A stretch of DNA of 62,599 nt from an uncultured virus (IMG/VR IMGVR_UViG_3300003937_000141) (lineage: Duplodnaviria; Heunggongvirae; Uroviricota; Caudoviricetes), in IMG/VR virus record IMGVR_UViG_3300003937_000141; one strand, 5' to 3'. The translations under genes were made by a program, and so were the position numbers. Under the pieces are notes generated by a model. It was not told the origin of the DNA. It saw nothing but the letters and a program-made list of their open reading frames with translations, and made no database searches. Below, in pieces: positions 38,393-47,706 of this stretch; position 1 is the first letter of the stretch, and every line of letters begins with the position of its first letter.

Positions 38393-40016
38393 AGCATATC
38401 TAGGAAATCCTAATTTATTTAAAGCAAATACAAAGATAGAATACACCGAAAAGCAAGTACGTGAGATTGCAAAGTGTATGGAAGATCCTACATATTTTAT
38501 TACAACATATATTAAGATTGTAAATATTGACCATGGTTTAATACCATTTGATATGTACAAGTTTCAGGCAAAGATGGTTGATACTTTTCATAACAATAGA
38601 TTTTCAATTGCAAAATTGCCTAGACAGTCAGGTAAATCAACAACAATCATTGCTTATCTATTACATCAAGTTATATTCAATGATAATATAAACGTTGCAA
38701 TATTGGCCAACAAAAGTTCAACTGCTAGAGATTTATTAGGCAGACTTCAACTCGCATACGAAAATTTACCTGCTTGGTTACAACAAGGCGTTCTCAATTG
38801 GAACAAAGGTTCACTTGAATTAGAAAATGGTTCAAAAATACTTGCAGCTGCAACATCTTCAAGTGCGATCCGAGGTGGTTCTTATAATATAATATTCCTT
38901 GATGAGTTTGCGTTTATCCCTAATAATATAGCTGAACAGTTTTTTAGTTCAGTTTATCCTACAATTTCATCTGGTCAAACATCTAAAGTTATGATAGTTT
39001 CTACTCCACATGGAATGAATATGTTTTATAAACTTTGGAATGATTCAGTACATGGAAGAAATGATTATAAACCTATAGAAGTACATTGGTCTGAAGTTCC
39101 AGGTAGAGATGATAAATGGAAAGAACAAACAATAAGAAATACTTCCGAAGCACAATTTACTACCGAGTTTGAATGTGAGTTTGTAGGTTCAGTTGATACA
39201 CTTATTAATCCAGCAAAGCTAAGAATGTTATCACACCATACACCTCTTATTTCAAATGCTGGAATAGATGTGTATGAACAACCAGTAAAAGGAAAAGATT
39301 ATGTAATGACAGTTGACGTTGCTAGAGGTACTGTAAGAGATTATTCAGCCTTTACTGTATTTGATGTTTCAAAAATGCCTTATCGTATGGTCGCAAAATT
39401 TAGAGATAATGAAATCAAACCTATTTTATTTCCTCACACAATAGAAAGAGTAGCAAAAAATTATAATATGGCTTATGTTTGTGTTGAAGTAAATGATATA
39501 GGACATCAAGTAGCAGACGCTTTACAATTTGAATTAGAATATACAAACTTATTAATGTGTATGATGAAAGGTAGAGCTGGACAAATATTGGGTGGTGGAT
39601 TTTCTAAAAGGGGAACACAATTAGGTGTTCGTATGACAAAACAAGTAAAAAGAATAGGCGCCTCTAACTTAAAAAGTTTAGTTGAAGGCGACAAAATGTA
39701 CATACCAGATTTTCATACAATACAAGAATTATCAACATTTGTAAGACGTGGTAGTGGTTGGCAGGCTGAAGAAGGTTCTAATGATGATTTGGTTATGTGT
39801 TGTCTTATATTTGCATGGATAACAAATCAAAGATATTTTAAAGAAATGACAGACCAGGATGTTCGTGCTAAAATGTATGAAGAACAACAACACGCAATAG
39901 AACAAGATATGGCACCATTTGGGTTTATGGATGATGGTTTAAATGATGATAGTTTTCAGGATGACAAAGGCGAAACATGGACACCTGTTACAGTAAGAAA
40001 AGGAGAGATGCTGTAG
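38385..40016 (+). CDS. gp17: terminase large subunit gp17
   Basis: PRQSGKS Walker A, FLDEFAF, STPHG, DVARG, DDLVM. Confidence 0.96.
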   Translation: MTEAYLGNPNLFKANTKIEYTEKQVREIAKCMEDPTYFITTYIKIVNIDHGLIPFDMYKFQAKMVDTFHNNRFSIAKLPRQSGKSTTIIAYLLHQVIFNDNINVAILANKSSTARDLLGRLQLAYENLPAWLQQGVLNWNKGSLELENGSKILAAATSSSAIRGGSYNIIFLDEFAFIPNNIAEQFFSSVYPTISSGQTSKVMIVSTPHGMNMFYKLWNDSVHGRNDYKPIEVHWSEVPGRDDKWKEQTIRNTSEAQFTTEFECEFVGSVDTLINPAKLRMLSHHTPLISNAGIDVYEQPVKGKDYVMTVDVARGTVRDYSAFTVFDVSKMPYRMVAKFRDNEIKPILFPHTIERVAKNYNMAYVCVEVNDIGHQVADALQFELEYTNLLMCMMKGRAGQILGGGFSKRGTQLGVRMTKQVKRIGASNLKSLVEGDKMYIPDFHTIQELSTFVRRGSGWQAEEGSNDDLVMCCLIFAWITNQRYFKEMTDQDVRAKMYEEQQHAIEQDMAPFGFMDDGLNDDSFQDDKGETWTPVTVRKGEML

Positions 40017-40032
40017 TAAAGGTGACAAAATT

Positions 40033-40040
40033 TATAAATA
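40033..40040 (+). promoter_or_regulatory. T4-type late promoter
   Basis: TATAAATA upstream of gp18. Confidence 0.8.
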
Positions 40041-40089
40041 TAAACGAGATTAAATGATACTTATTAGCTAATAAGAGGAGAACAAACAT

Positions 40090-42015
40090 ATGGCATTTCA
40101 AGTTTCACCAGGTGTTCTCGTACAAGAGAAAGACTTAACAAACGTAATCCCAGCAGTAGCAACTACGATCGGTGCTGTTGCAGGTCAATTTAATCAAGGT
40201 CCAATGGATGAAGTAATATCTATTGCGTCTGAAAAAGAATTGGTAGAAACGTTTGGAAAACCTGACTCTACAAACTTTGAATACTTTTTTAGTGCTGCTA
40301 GTTTTCTACAGTACTCATCAAGTTTAAGGGTTGTGCGAGCTGCAAACACTTCAAGTGTAAACGCTGTCGTTTCTGGGACAGCTTTAAGAATAAAGAATAC
40401 AGAGCATTACTCTAACGGTGACGGAAGTACAGGACCTTATAACGATGGTTCTGCTAACGTTGGCGAGTGGGCTGCAAGAACAGCAGGCGCTTGGGGTAAT
40501 AACTTAAAGATTTCAACGTGTCCGAGTGCAACGGCATACGAAGAAACAAATAAAACAACAACTAATGACTCTTCAACAGCAGTAGGAGATACCACTATCG
40601 TATTAACATCAGGAACTGATTTTAATGTAGGTGATATCGTTAACTTCGGCGAATCTGGTGGGCACGAATACAGAATTACAGTAGTTTCAACAAACACTAT
40701 AACTTTTGTAAGACACCCTTCAGGCACAGGCGGACTACACACAGCTGTTGCAAATGGTACACAAGTAAGACGAAGATGGCAATACTATGACCTAGTAGAT
40801 AAAGCACCAGCTACATCAACTTATGCTTCTACAAGAAGTGGAGTAAATGACGAGCTACACATTGTAGTTATAGATGAAGACGGCGCTATATCAGGTACTG
40901 CTGGTGAAGTTTTAGAAGTTTATGATTCACTATCAAAAGCTTCTGACGCTAAAACACCACAAGGTGACACTAACTATTATCCAGATGTAATCTACAATAG
41001 ATCAGAATATATCTATTGGATGGATCACATTGCAACTGGTTCAAATTGGGGTAGTACAGCTTCTGGAGTAACTTCCACAGCTCTTACAGCACCATATAGT
41101 AGATCACTAGTTGACGGTGCAGATGGTTCCGCGGTTACAACTGCTGAATTAAAAACTGCTTACGAACATTACAATGACGCTGATACAGTAGATGTTAACT
41201 TAATCATCGCTGGTAAAGGTGACGCTACTCACGTAGATAACTTAATTACAATCGCTGAAAACAGAAAAGACGCAATCGTATTTGCTTCTCCTGAAAGAAG
41301 TGATGTAGTTAACGTAACAAACTCTACTACTCAAACAACTAACGTTAAAGGTTTCTTTGACGCTGTTAGAAGTTCAAGTTATGTAGTTTTTGATAGTGGG
41401 TACAAATATACTTACGACAAATATAATGACTTATTTAGATACATTCCTTTAAACGGAGACGTTGCTGGATTGGCTGCAAGAACAGACTTAATCGCAGACT
41501 CTTGGTTCTCACCTGCTGGATTTAACAGAGGCGGAATTAGAGGTGCAGTTAAACTTGCTTACAACCCAGTCAAAACTCAAAGGGATGAATTGTACAGAGC
41601 TAGAGTAAATCCAATTGTAACTTTACCAGGACAAGGTACACTCTTGTTTGGTGATAAAACTGGACTATCTACGCCGAGTGCATTTGATAGAATAAACGTA
41701 AGAAGATTGTTTATCACTTTGGAGAAAGCGATATCAACTGCTTCTAAATTCCAACTATTTGAATTTAATGACGAGTTCACAAGAGCTCAATTTAGAAATA
41801 TGGTTGAACCATTTTTAAGAGATGTACAAGGCAGACGAGGTGTTACAGACTTTTTAGTTACTTGTGATACTTCTAACAATACTGCTGATGTTATTGATAG
41901 AAATGAGTTTAGAGCAGATATATTTGTTAAACCAAATAGATCAATCAACTTTATACAACTACAATTCGTTGCGACAAGATCAGGCGTTGCATTTGAAGAA
42001 GTGGTAGGAGGATAA
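40090..42015 (+). CDS. gp18: tail sheath protein gp18
   Basis: SPGV, WFSPAG, FDRINVRRLF, FEFND. Confidence 0.96.
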   Translation: MAFQVSPGVLVQEKDLTNVIPAVATTIGAVAGQFNQGPMDEVISIASEKELVETFGKPDSTNFEYFFSAASFLQYSSSLRVVRAANTSSVNAVVSGTALRIKNTEHYSNGDGSTGPYNDGSANVGEWAARTAGAWGNNLKISTCPSATAYEETNKTTTNDSSTAVGDTTIVLTSGTDFNVGDIVNFGESGGHEYRITVVSTNTITFVRHPSGTGGLHTAVANGTQVRRRWQYYDLVDKAPATSTYASTRSGVNDELHIVVIDEDGAISGTAGEVLEVYDSLSKASDAKTPQGDTNYYPDVIYNRSEYIYWMDHIATGSNWGSTASGVTSTALTAPYSRSLVDGADGSAVTTAELKTAYEHYNDADTVDVNLIIAGKGDATHVDNLITIAENRKDAIVFASPERSDVVNVTNSTTQTTNVKGFFDAVRSSSYVVFDSGYKYTYDKYNDLFRYIPLNGDVAGLAARTDLIADSWFSPAGFNRGGIRGAVKLAYNPVKTQRDELYRARVNPIVTLPGQGTLLFGDKTGLSTPSAFDRINVRRLFITLEKAISTASKFQLFEFNDEFTRAQFRNMVEPFLRDVQGRRGVTDFLVTCDTSNNTADVIDRNEFRADIFVKPNRSINFIQLQFVATRSGVAFEEVVGG

Positions 42016-42019
42016 ACCA

Positions 42020-42547
42020 ATGCCAAATATTAATGACTTTAAAGCTAAGTTAAGAGGCGGAGGCGCTCGTGCCAATCAATTTAGAGTAACAATGCCTTTT
42101 CCAGGGTTTGCTGCTGTAGGTGGGGAGACTGAAACAATGTCTTTTCTATGTACATCAACTAACTTACCAGGAATGACAGTTGCAGAAGTAGCTGTTCCAT
42201 TTAGAGGTAGGGAATTATATGTTGCAGGTGATAGAACATTTGCTACATGGACAACTACTGTCTTAAATGATACAGACTTCTTAATACGTAACGCATACGA
42301 AAGATGGTTAAACGGTATCAACAATATGTCAGATAACGAAGGATTAGTTAATCCAGTAGATTATCAAGTTGACTCATTTGTTGACCAATTAGACCGTAAC
42401 GGTAATGTGATTAAATCATATACATTCAGAGGAATGTTTCCAACAACGTTGGATGACATTGCGCTATCTTATGGCGATAACAACTCGTTAGAGTCGTTTA
42501 CTGCTACACATAGGTATCAATATTTTGAAACAAACACTACTACTTAA
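42020..42547 (+). CDS. gp19: tail tube protein gp19
   Basis: GGARANQF, FRGR...AGDRTF..W, QLDR.G. Confidence 0.94.
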   Translation: MPNINDFKAKLRGGGARANQFRVTMPFPGFAAVGGETETMSFLCTSTNLPGMTVAEVAVPFRGRELYVAGDRTFATWTTTVLNDTDFLIRNAYERWLNGINNMSDNEGLVNPVDYQVDSFVDQLDRNGNVIKSYTFRGMFPTTLDDIALSYGDNNSLESFTATHRYQYFETNTTT

Positions 42548-42553
42548 TACCGT

Positions 42554-42561
42554 TATAAGTA
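42554..42561 (+). promoter_or_regulatory. variant late promoter (TATAAGTA)
   Basis: one mismatch to consensus; intergenic, upstream of gp20. Confidence 0.5.
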
Positions 42562-42584
42562 TTAGTAATAGGAGAAACTAAATT

Positions 42585-44231
42585 ATGGCTGAACTGTTTG
42601 GGTTTAAAATAGAGCGTTCAAAAACGCCAACATCAGATCCGAGACAAAACATAGTACCACCACAAGCGGAAGACGGAACACAAACCGTCCCCGCTGGTGG
42701 TTTCTTTGCGTCTTATGGAGGATTTGACGTTACCGCTCGTAACGAGTTAGATTTAATTAGAAGATATAGAGAAGTAGCACTCCATCCAGAGTGTGACCTT
42801 GCAATTGAGGATATAATATCTGAAGCAATTGTATCAAACGAAAATCAACAATCTGTACAATTAGATTTAACTAAAATTGAATATAGCGAATCAATCAAAA
42901 AGAAAATAAGAGAATCATTTGTTGAGGTATTAAAATTATTAAATTTTGATATCAAAGGACACGATATTTTTAGAAGATGGTATGTTGATGGAAGAATGTT
43001 CTATCATAAAATCATTGACAAAGATAGTCCTAGATTAGGAATAACAGAATTAAGATACATTGATCCAAGAAAAATTAAAAAGATAAGAGAAGTTAGAAAG
43101 CAAAGAACTGATGGAATGCCTAGTTCATTTGCTTTTGAAAATAAATTCCAAGAGTATTATATTTTCAACGAAAGAGGAATACATCCGACTGCAACATCAA
43201 ACGCAGGTGGATTAAGAATAGCGACAGACGCTATTGCTTATTGTCCATCAGGATTAATAGACCAAACTCACAATCAAGTCTTATCTTATTTACATAAAGC
43301 AATTAAACCAGTTAATCAATTAAGAATGATTGAAGACGCTGTTGTTATTTACAGAATTGCTAGAGCACCTGAAAGAAGAATATTCTATATTGATGTAGGT
43401 AACTTACCTAAAATCAAAGCTGAACAATATTTAAGAGATGTTATGGCTAGATATAGAAACAAACTTGTTTATGACGCAAGTACAGGTGAGATTAGAGATG
43501 ACAGAAATTATATGAGTATGTTAGAAGACTTTTGGTTACCTCGTAGAGAAGGTGGGAGAGGAACTGAAATTACTACTTTACCAGGTGGTCAAAACTTGGG
43601 TGAGATTGCCGATATAGAATATTTCCAAAAGAAATTATATCGTTCATTAAACATACCAATTAGTAGATTAGAAGGTGGTCAAGGATTTAATCTTGGTCGT
43701 GCAGCTGAAATTAGTAGAGATGAAGTTAAGTTTACTAAATTCATAGGCAGATTGAGAAAGAAATTCTGTATGTTATTCCACGACCTTTTAAAAACACAAT
43801 TAATTTTAAAAGGTGTTATTGCTCCTGAAGAATGGCCTGTAATACAAGGTGATATAACATTTAGTTTCTTACAAGATGGATATTTTGCTGAATTAAAACA
43901 TAGTGAAATGTTGAGAGAAAGAGTACAACTGGCACAACAATTAGAAATGTATGTTGGTAAGTATTTCTCTAATGAGTATATAAGAACAAAAATATTCAAA
44001 CAAAATGAAACCGAGATTGAAGAAATTGATCAACAAATAGAAGATGAAGGTGGGTCAGAACAGGCTGCAATGAACACAGGAATAGGTGGACTTGAACAAC
44101 AACCCAAAACTGGGAAAACAAATGGTAAAGAAGCTCCACTAGCAGTAAGTGCTAAACAAAAGGCTGACAAAAAACAATTTAAGGATGCAGAAACAAAAGC
44201 TAGAGATTCTTATAAAACAGGAGATAAATAG
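42585..44231 (+). CDS. gp20: portal protein gp20
   Basis: YLHKAIKPVNQL, RAPERRIFYIDVGN, EDFWLPRREGGRGTEI. Confidence 0.96.
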   Translation: MAELFGFKIERSKTPTSDPRQNIVPPQAEDGTQTVPAGGFFASYGGFDVTARNELDLIRRYREVALHPECDLAIEDIISEAIVSNENQQSVQLDLTKIEYSESIKKKIRESFVEVLKLLNFDIKGHDIFRRWYVDGRMFYHKIIDKDSPRLGITELRYIDPRKIKKIREVRKQRTDGMPSSFAFENKFQEYYIFNERGIHPTATSNAGGLRIATDAIAYCPSGLIDQTHNQVLSYLHKAIKPVNQLRMIEDAVVIYRIARAPERRIFYIDVGNLPKIKAEQYLRDVMARYRNKLVYDASTGEIRDDRNYMSMLEDFWLPRREGGRGTEITTLPGGQNLGEIADIEYFQKKLYRSLNIPISRLEGGQGFNLGRAAEISRDEVKFTKFIGRLRKKFCMLFHDLLKTQLILKGVIAPEEWPVIQGDITFSFLQDGYFAELKHSEMLRERVQLAQQLEMYVGKYFSNEYIRTKIFKQNETEIEEIDQQIEDEGGSEQAAMNTGIGGLEQQPKTGKTNGKEAPLAVSAKQKADKKQFKDAETKARDSYKTGDK

Positions 44232-44236
44232 ATAAT

Positions 44237-44491
44237 ATGACTAAAGATGATACAAAAAAATTCGTAAATTCACTTGAAAAGGGCGACAACAAACAAGCAG
44301 GAACAGACATTAAAAATGCTCTTGCTGATAAAGTTTCTGGCGCCTTGGACGATGCTAAAGTTGATGTGGCTAAATCTGTATTTACAGGACAGCAAGGTGT
44401 AGAAACACCTGAAGCTAATCCTTTTACAGGTAATGATACAGCTGCAGAAGCTCCTGCACCAGAGGTTCCAAGTGATGAAGTGGCTAAGTAA
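44237..44491 (+). CDS. prohead core protein (gp67-like)
   Basis: small acidic protein directly after the portal gene. Confidence 0.6.
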   Translation: MTKDDTKKFVNSLEKGDNKQAGTDIKNALADKVSGALDDAKVDVAKSVFTGQQGVETPEANPFTGNDTAAEAPAPEVPSDEVAK

Positions 44492-44729
44492 TTTTATAAA
44501 AGAACAAATTACTGAAGCAAACGACTACAAACGTACTAGGCAATATAATAAATTATCTCCTAGAATGAAACGTGCTGTAGATATGGTTTTTAAAGCCGCT
44601 GATAAAGACGCAGATGTGATTGCTAATTTTGAAAAAAATGTTAGTGCAGCTGCAAACAAATTTGGAGTAAAGAAACAAGATTTAATGAAATATTTTGATA
44701 AGGAAACATTAACAATTTTAAGGAGATAG
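44475..44729 (+). CDS. hypothetical head-region protein
   Basis: GAGG before ATG 44475; lies between portal and protease genes. Confidence 0.6.
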   Translation: MKWLSNFIKEQITEANDYKRTRQYNKLSPRMKRAVDMVFKAADKDADVIANFEKNVSAAANKFGVKKQDLMKYFDKETLTILRR

Positions 44730-44731
44730 AA

Positions 44732-45109
44732 ATGGCAGTAACACAAAGAGTTCTAACAGACAATGCTTATGGCGCTAAAGTTTTAATAAACTTTGATGGT
44801 CATGGCTCAGCTGTAACTATTGACGCTTCAGCATTAGCAAATAAAGAAGCTTCAGGTGATAGACTAGATATTAAAAAAATATCTTGGTCTTTAGACACAG
44901 AAGTGGCAATAACTTTTACTGGTTCAAATGTTGTAGAGGCGATTGATCTTGCAGGCGGTACAACAGGTAGTTTTGATTCACACGTTATCACTAACGGTGC
45001 AACACAACCTGGAGACGCTACAGACGCTGATATAATATTAACACCAGGAACTGGTACAGACGGTTTTGTTTATTTGGAACTAATTAAGTCAGTCGGCTTT
45101 GGTAACTAA
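44732..45109 (+). CDS. putative head structural protein, paralog of 45112..45504
   Basis: QRVLTD, IDASA, IKKISWS, ITNGAT. Confidence 0.6.
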   Translation: MAVTQRVLTDNAYGAKVLINFDGHGSAVTIDASALANKEASGDRLDIKKISWSLDTEVAITFTGSNVVEAIDLAGGTTGSFDSHVITNGATQPGDATDADIILTPGTGTDGFVYLELIKSVGFGN

Positions 45110-45111
45110 TA

Positions 45112-45504
45112 ATGGCTGATACAGTATCTACACAGGTATTAACAGATACTACAGGTGTCAAATATGCGGTTAAACTAACCAATTATTCAGATGGCACAGG
45201 TGAAACTTTAGTACAAAAGGTTGACGCTTCGGCAACAACTTTTATGACTGAAGACGGCAATCGTAAAATATCAAAAATATTTTGGTCAGTAAATACATCC
45301 AATTCAAAGTCTGCCGTTGAATTAATATGGGATGGTGCAACAAACGCTACAGGTGTTTCGTTGTCTGGTCAAGGTTTTTGGGACTTACGTGCTGATGGTA
45401 ATGAGATAGCTAACAACGCAACAACACCAACAGGTGATGTTTTACTCTCAACAAAAAATTTTGCAATTGGAGATAATTATACGGTTTTAGTGGTATTCAG
45501 ATAA
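45112..45504 (+). CDS. putative head structural protein, paralog of 44732..45109
   Basis: TQVLTD, VDASA, ISKIFWS, IANNAT. Confidence 0.6.
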   Translation: MADTVSTQVLTDTTGVKYAVKLTNYSDGTGETLVQKVDASATTFMTEDGNRKISKIFWSVNTSNSKSAVELIWDGATNATGVSLSGQGFWDLRADGNEIANNATTPTGDVLLSTKNFAIGDNYTVLVVFR

Positions 45505-45511
45505 CAATTTG

Positions 45512-45519
45512 TATAAATA
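45512..45519 (+). promoter_or_regulatory. T4-type late promoter
   Basis: TATAAATA upstream of gp21. Confidence 0.8.
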
Positions 45520-45546
45520 ATAAAGAGAAGTTAGAGATAGATACAA

Positions 45547-46194
45547 ATGAGATTAATTACCGAAGAAGTAACACAAGCAAAATACATTGTAGAAGAAGAC
45601 AAAAATGGCAAAAAAAATTATGCCATTAAAGGTATTTTTTTACAATCGGACGTGAAGAACAGAAATGGAAGAATCTATCCTAAAGAGATACTTCAAAAAG
45701 AAGTTCACAGATATAATAGAGAGTTCATAGAAAAGAATAGAGCATTTGGCGAACTAGGACATCCAGACGGACCTACCGTTAACCTAGAAAGAGTTTCGCA
45801 TATGATAAAAGCTCTACATCCCGAAGGCAATAATTTTATAGGCGAAGCCCGAGTTTTGGATACCCCATATGGAAAAATAGTGAAAAGTTTAATAGATGAG
45901 GGTGCAACACTAGGAGTTTCAAGTAGAGGAATGGGCACACTTGTTCAAGCAGGTGGTGCTAACATAGTCAAAGACGATTTTTACCTTGCAACAGCGGCTG
46001 ATATAGTCGCAGACCCATCGGCTCCCGATGCTTTTGTAGAAGGCATTATGGAAGGAAAAGAATGGATTTGGAATAATGGCGTTTTGAAAGAGCAAGAAGT
46101 AAACGAATTAAAGTTACAGGCAGATAAGAAAGCACTATCAGACAGAGCGGAAGTTAACGCAAAAGTCTTTGAAAACTTCCTTAAAAAGCTGTAA
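45547..46194 (+). CDS. gp21: prohead protease gp21
   Basis: NRNGRIY, GELGHP, GVSSRG, DIVADPSAP. Confidence 0.95.
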   Translation: MRLITEEVTQAKYIVEEDKNGKKNYAIKGIFLQSDVKNRNGRIYPKEILQKEVHRYNREFIEKNRAFGELGHPDGPTVNLERVSHMIKALHPEGNNFIGEARVLDTPYGKIVKSLIDEGATLGVSSRGMGTLVQAGGANIVKDDFYLATAADIVADPSAPDAFVEGIMEGKEWIWNNGVLKEQEVNELKLQADKKALSDRAEVNAKVFENFLKKL

Positions 46195-46197
46195 TTT

Positions 46198-46205
46198 TAT
46201 AAATA
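46198..46205 (+). promoter_or_regulatory. T4-type late promoter
   Basis: TATAAATA upstream of gp22. Confidence 0.8.
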
Positions 46206-46280
46206 GTAATTGACACTTTCCGTAAGGAGAGGTGGATTATTTGCAAAACAACAACTAATAACTAATGAGGAGATAGATCA

Positions 46281-47663
46281 ATGACGGACAAAACTGTGGC
46301 AGATTTGCCAAAGAAAAACGCCGTTCCAGCTGAAGCGCCAAAATCATTGGCTGCAACTGTACAACAAGTATTAACAAAAGCAGTTACGCATCCAAGTGAT
46401 CCAAAATCGGATTTCGCACAAGGGGTAAGTCATATTACTGGCGACCCACACCAGAAAAGTGCAGGCACAGCGGACACATCAAACATTACATCTCTTAAGC
46501 GAGAAGATACAGACAAAGAAGACGATAAAGAAAAAGAAACTTTAAAAGCAAATGCTGATAAAGAAAAAGAGTCTGTAAAAGAAGACGCTAAAGAGGATGA
46601 AAAGGACGAAAAAGAAACTTTAAAAGCAAATGCTGATAAAGAAAAAGAAAAAGATAAAGAAGAAGTAAAAGAAGGCGAACTTCCAGCTGCTTTGCAAAAA
46701 GCAATTGATAAGAAGAAGGAAGGCGCTAAAGAGTCTGACGAAAAAGAAGACAAAAAAGACGTTAAAGAATCTGAAGAAAAATCTAAAGAAGAAAAAGAAA
46801 AAGAAATTTCTAAAGTGACTGAAGACGAAGACAAGAAAGACAAGAAAGAAGACGAGAAGAAAGACGAAGTTAAGGAAGAAGACGAAAAATCTAAAGAAGT
46901 TAAGAAAGAAACTGCTAAAGATAAAGTTAAAGACCTTGATGTAAAAGAAGACGTTAAAGCTCTAACTGATGGTGAAGACCTTTCAGAAGAATTTAAAGCT
47001 AAAGCGGCTACAATCTTCGAATCTGCTATCAAAGCAAAACTTGTTGAAGAAATTGAAAAATTGGAAGGCGAATACGAAACTAAAGTTGCTGAGAAAGTTG
47101 AAGAAACTAAATCAGAAATCGTAGAAAAAGTTGACGCTTATCTAAATTATGTCGTTGAGGAGTGGATGAAAGAAAACGAATTAGCGATAGAAAAAGGTTT
47201 AAGAGCTGAGATTACTGAAGATTTTATTGGTGGTCTTAAATCTTTATTTGAATCTCATTACATCAATGTTCCACAAGAGAAGTATGATGTTATTGAGACT
47301 CAGGCTGCAGAAATAGAGAAGTTAAAAGAAGAAGTTAACCAATCTATTGAAAAAACAGTTGAGTTAAATCAGAAGGTGGGAGAGTTTACTAGAGATGGAA
47401 TTATAAAAGAAGTATCTAGTGATCTTGCTGAAACTGAAACTGAAAAACTTAAAGGTTTAGCAGAAGGAATTGAATATAAGGACGCAGAAAGTTTTAGAAA
47501 AAGTGTAGAAACGTTAAAAAATTCTTACTTCCCTAAAACAGAAGCGAGTGATAAACAATCTAATGAAGTAGCTGACAATAATGCTGGTTCTGATATGACG
47601 GAATCAATGGCTGCATATACGGCTGCAATTAGTAAATCAAAGAAAAATCCTTATCTTAAATAG
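46281..47663 (+). CDS. gp22: prohead scaffold gp22
   Basis: LSEEFK.KAATIFE, YLNYVVEEW, E/K-rich; between gp21 and gp23. Confidence 0.92.
   Translation: MTDKTVADLPKKNAVPAEAPKSLAATVQQVLTKAVTHPSDPKSDFAQGVSHITGDPHQKSAGTADTSNITSLKREDTDKEDDKEKETLKANADKEKESVKEDAKEDEKDEKETLKANADKEKEKDKEEVKEGELPAALQKAIDKKKEGAKESDEKEDKKDVKESEEKSKEEKEKEISKVTEDEDKKDKKEDEKKDEVKEEDEKSKEVKKETAKDKVKDLDVKEDVKALTDGEDLSEEFKAKAATIFESAIKAKLVEEIEKLEGEYETKVAEKVEETKSEIVEKVDAYLNYVVEEWMKENELAIEKGLRAEITEDFIGGLKSLFESHYINVPQEKYDVIETQAAEIEKLKEEVNQSIEKTVELNQKVGEFTRDGIIKEVSSDLAETETEKLKGLAEGIEYKDAESFRKSVETLKNSYFPKTEASDKQSNEVADNNAGSDMTESMAAYTAAISKSKKNPYLK
46530..46648 (+). repeat. 41-bp exact direct repeat (78-bp period) in gp22
   Basis: GAAAAAGAAACTTTAAAAGCAAATGCTGATAAAGAAAAAGA at 46530 and 46608. 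Confidence 0.85.
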
Positions 47664-47706
47664 ATTTGGATTTTAGTTAATTAACTAAAAAAAGGAGAGA
47701 TAGAAA

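Noticed and set aside
46430..47032. 200-aa Ser/Phe-rich minus ORF
   Set aside because: Mirror of the GAA/AAA-rich gp22 region
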